DNA of 48,913 nt, filler included, from Sphacelaria rigidula (taxonomy: Eukaryota), in NCBI GenBank assembly GCA_964200075.2. It is 2 parts of 2 records of this genome, joined end to end, with 100 filler letters (N's around TTAATTAATTAA, not from the genome) between each part and the next. Parts side by side here need not be neighbours in the genome. Positions count along the whole stretch, not along the records: positions 24,518 to 48,913 come from CAXNAA020000206.1; 1 more part is not named here. One strand, given 5' to 3'. The notes below the pieces were generated by a model. It saw only the letters and a list, made by a program, of their open reading frames with translations, was not told the DNA's origin and searched no databases. A program made the translations under genes and the position numbers. The stretch's first letter is position 1. Every line of letters begins with the position of its first letter. Positions 45,880 to 48,913 of the stretch are shown here, piece after piece.

Positions 45880-48424
45880 TGGGCGCACCTGACCCCCCAA
45901 AATGGGCAAAAAAAAAGTCAGCGACCAGAATCACGAACATACACAAACAGACCGACGTTTGCGGCTTATCCGGGCTCGTGAAGTAAAATACGACCAACGT
46001 CATCCAAAGAGAACGGCATACATCCAGAATTCACATCGAGAAGAAGCGGACTGCATTCTAAAATCACAACACCCCAACGTGGCTGTCACTGGCATTCCAG
46101 CGTATCGCAAGCGCCGACGAAAAACGACGCAGTGGCACGTGGTATATGAGCCATAACAACGGAAATAGAGGTTAAAGGGAAAAATGAATGCGCCGGGGAA
46201 ACAAAAGCAAACGCAACGCAACAGACACCTAGACGCTGTTAGCCCCGTCTTGCGTCGTAGTTCATGTCTCGTCGTTCCAGCAGTCGCAGATGCGCACGTA
46301 GCACGCGAAATACTCCACTCAGATGTTGGCGAATGGCGTCTATCGCTTTGTTCACACTAAGAACATGCCAGACGCCGCCGCTAACTTTGCGCAGTCGCTC
46401 CCGAGGGGTCCTCAAAACCAGGACGCTGAACCAGCAGCAGCTCCAAGTGCCCCTGGACCTGCTCCAGACGAACCCTCAGATATCCATATATTTTGTGGTA
46501 CGTGTGGGTTGCCTTTTGCACATACTGCACACTTACATGATAAGCGGGTTGCAGAGCGTTTTTTTCATGGAGTTACGCGGCAAGGGATCCTGGCATAAGT
46601 GGGACGACCAGCACATTTTTGCCTTGCTTGGACAAGCTTTTTCGGTTAGGGGTACGACACAATGCGATCGTTTGTGGGGTGCCTATGCTGCTTGCGTTAG
46701 AATATGGGCATAAAGGTGATCGAACAAATTTTTCAGGGGGTGCGGATCGACACCTGGCCAATATTATGTGCTCAACATGCGACAGGGCCATACGTACTGA
46801 TTAAGTCCAACGAGGACGTTCCTGGCACAGACGAGTGGAGTACAAACAGTCGCCGGGTGTGCGATGTGGGCTGGGGGGATGTTGGTGGACCACCTCGTTG
46901 TGTTTCGAGGAGCTTGATTTATCGGATGCCGTCGTTCCCCAATTTTTGGCGGATGAATGACTCGCCTTGTGCAAGTGTATTTGTTATTCCGTGGAGATGG
47001 CTTTTTATTTCATGAACATGATACTTGATCGGAATCCAATTTTTTTGTGGTGCAATAAGGAATGGAAACAAACCGTCATCACGTGCGTGACCCACCAGCG
47101 CCGATTACAATAGACGCGTGTCTGAAGACGGGTAGGTCCACTGAAAGACATGCATAGGACTTCGGTGCCATGTGGCTTCAACAATAGTGGGCCGACGAGT
47201 TGATGCTGTACCTTGTGCCATCTTGATGATGCAGTATAGTTTACCAATTGGGAGGGTGTTTTAGTCTAACTTGATTTTAGTGTGGACACCGGAATCCGGA
47301 TCTGAGCTGTGCTCCTAGCGTGCTCCTAGGGTGCGCAGAACGCGTTTTTGTCTAAATCGGTGCCTGGGATGCCGATTTGAGGTCTTGCAACGCACACTTC
47401 GCCTAGGGAACACTTTGCACACCCCTTGCCCGAGGGTTCTCGGTATTCCTTCGTTGGGGTTAGGGTTAGGGTTGGTGTTATTGTTTGTTCGCTGCGCTGC
47501 TGCAAGGTCGCGAAGACGATTGCTTTTCTTCCGTGCGACTCATTGTTGATGGATGTGGGGGTGTGTGGCCATCGCGTTCAAGGCACTGCTCGTCTCTTTT
47601 CTTGCAGACTTTCCGTCTCGCCAGCTTCCTCCGTGGCTTTCTTTTCTCCTTCAGTTTGTCCATACTTGCCGCCAGGTGAGATTTGATACTGAGTTACGCC
47701 ATCGATGGTGGCGTGGTGATGGCACTGGGTGCAGAGGAACGAGCGCTACTCTTGCCACCGCCACGAGCGATGCACAGACGGGGGTATATGTCTTCCAGGC
47801 ACAGCTTGTGGAGGGTCGAAGGTTCAAAGTCTACACCTGTCGAATAGTTGCCACTGTCGTTTGTACCACTATCAAGAGTCATTCATGGGTGTAATCTATT
47901 CTGAGGCCGTTGGACAGGGGTGAGGTTTTCGCGTATCGTGGAAAACGAACGAGGGTTGGAGGCGCTTGTTTGCGCTGATAGCCCACACCGTTCCCCAAAA
48001 TATACATCGCCAAGGCCATCGATTGGTGAACATTTTTTTGCATGATCTACGCCGAAACGATAGCTACAACTAGGCGTCAGGAAATGTTGTATCTCACCAG
48101 GATCCGAGTTTCATACCGAATTACGCGGGGAAAACATTTTTTTTTTTTTGCGATTTTCTCGATCACCATAAATGTTTTGGCAACATGGTTTTGTCAGATT
48201 GTAACTTGGACAGATACACGCCTTTGAGTAGCCGAGGCACGCCGTGGTTTGTAGTCTGCGACGAGAAAAATGGGAAACCGTGAGGTGGACACCCCACACA
48301 AATCGCAAGTACTTTGAGTGATTTTACGGCGTGCATCATCAGGGGATGAACAAGATCTGGAGTCTCTTCGTGCTTTTGGTCGGTGACACTTCTTTTGCCC
48401 ATTTCGAGGGGTCAGGCGCGCCCA
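45880..48424. mobile_element. 2.5-kb TIR element of unclear superfamily with decayed internal ORFs
   Basis: ~60-bp TIRs tgggcgcacctgaccccccaaaatgggcaaaa / (rc) tgggcgcgcctgacccctcgaaatgggcaaaa; TA on both flanks (45878-79, 48425-26). Confidence 0.8.
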
Positions 48425-48913
48425 TAACGGTGTACTTTTTTTAGAGTTTTGCTGACTCGATGTTCTCCGCTTCGTCACCTGGTCGTTGTGTCGCTTGCCT
48501 TTGGCGTGAATTCATCAGTGCCATCCACTCGCGGCACACGTACCTAGCCGCACGTACCGCAGAAGCGGCAGGCAATGATGGTGACCTTTCGTATCAGCTC
48601 GTTCCTCGTAGTGCACAAAACAATCACATCTTTTGATACGGGAAAGCGTCCATCGAGCAAGCTATACCCAAAACGATGCCTATCCAGTTTAGACCATAAC
48701 AGAAGGACGTTGAAGCTACAGCAATCTTGCGTTCGCGCTTGTTTAGAAAAAGAAGTGTCAATTTGCCCATAAGTCTGTTCCTTGTTTGTATTCGATGTAT
48801 TCAATGTCCCACTCGATCCCCCCCCGGCCTGGTCCACCTGGACCTGCCAGAAAGAAGAAAAAGATATACCAGTAGTCGGAAGGAGGAGGAAGTAGATGGA
48901 CAGAATTGCCTCT

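Noticed and set aside
47456-47474. TTAGGG telomeric repeats
   Set aside because: Only two full units; compatible with chance or a micro-duplication.

Overview
Eukaryotic, intron-rich genomic DNA. The style suggests a brown alga (Ectocarpus-like Phaeophyceae); this is inferred from long introns, GT-AG signals, RTE-type LINE remnants and dense MITEs/SINEs. Two multi-exon + strand genes could be assembled by hand with consistent splice phases. Gene 1 encodes a coiled-coil + ribonuclease-inhibitor-type LRR protein (at least 12 exons, 1238-~18357; 5' end probably outside the window, last exon unresolved). Gene 2 encodes a ~1900-aa largely low-complexity protein of unknown function (at least 11 exons, ~31108-45628) with one 3.6-kb exon and a C-x4-C-x10-C-x2-H motif formed across a splice junction. 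Introns and the intergenic region hold many nested non-autonomous DNA transposons (TA-flanked, hAT-like 8-bp TSD, piggyBac-like TTAA), RTE LINE fragments, a tRNA-headed SINE family sharing the RTE 3' tail, a 1.3-kb near-perfect palindrome and many short tandem amplifications. The most unusual element is a fragment resembling a viral SF3 (D5-type) helicase lying between an RTE 5' end and an RTE 3' terminus (~22.2-23.7 kb). An artificial N44-TTAATTAATTAA-N44 linker at 24418-24517 means the two halves may not be truly adjacent. Most short ORFs in the supplied track are spurious. No database searches were possible, so all family calls come from motif recognition.
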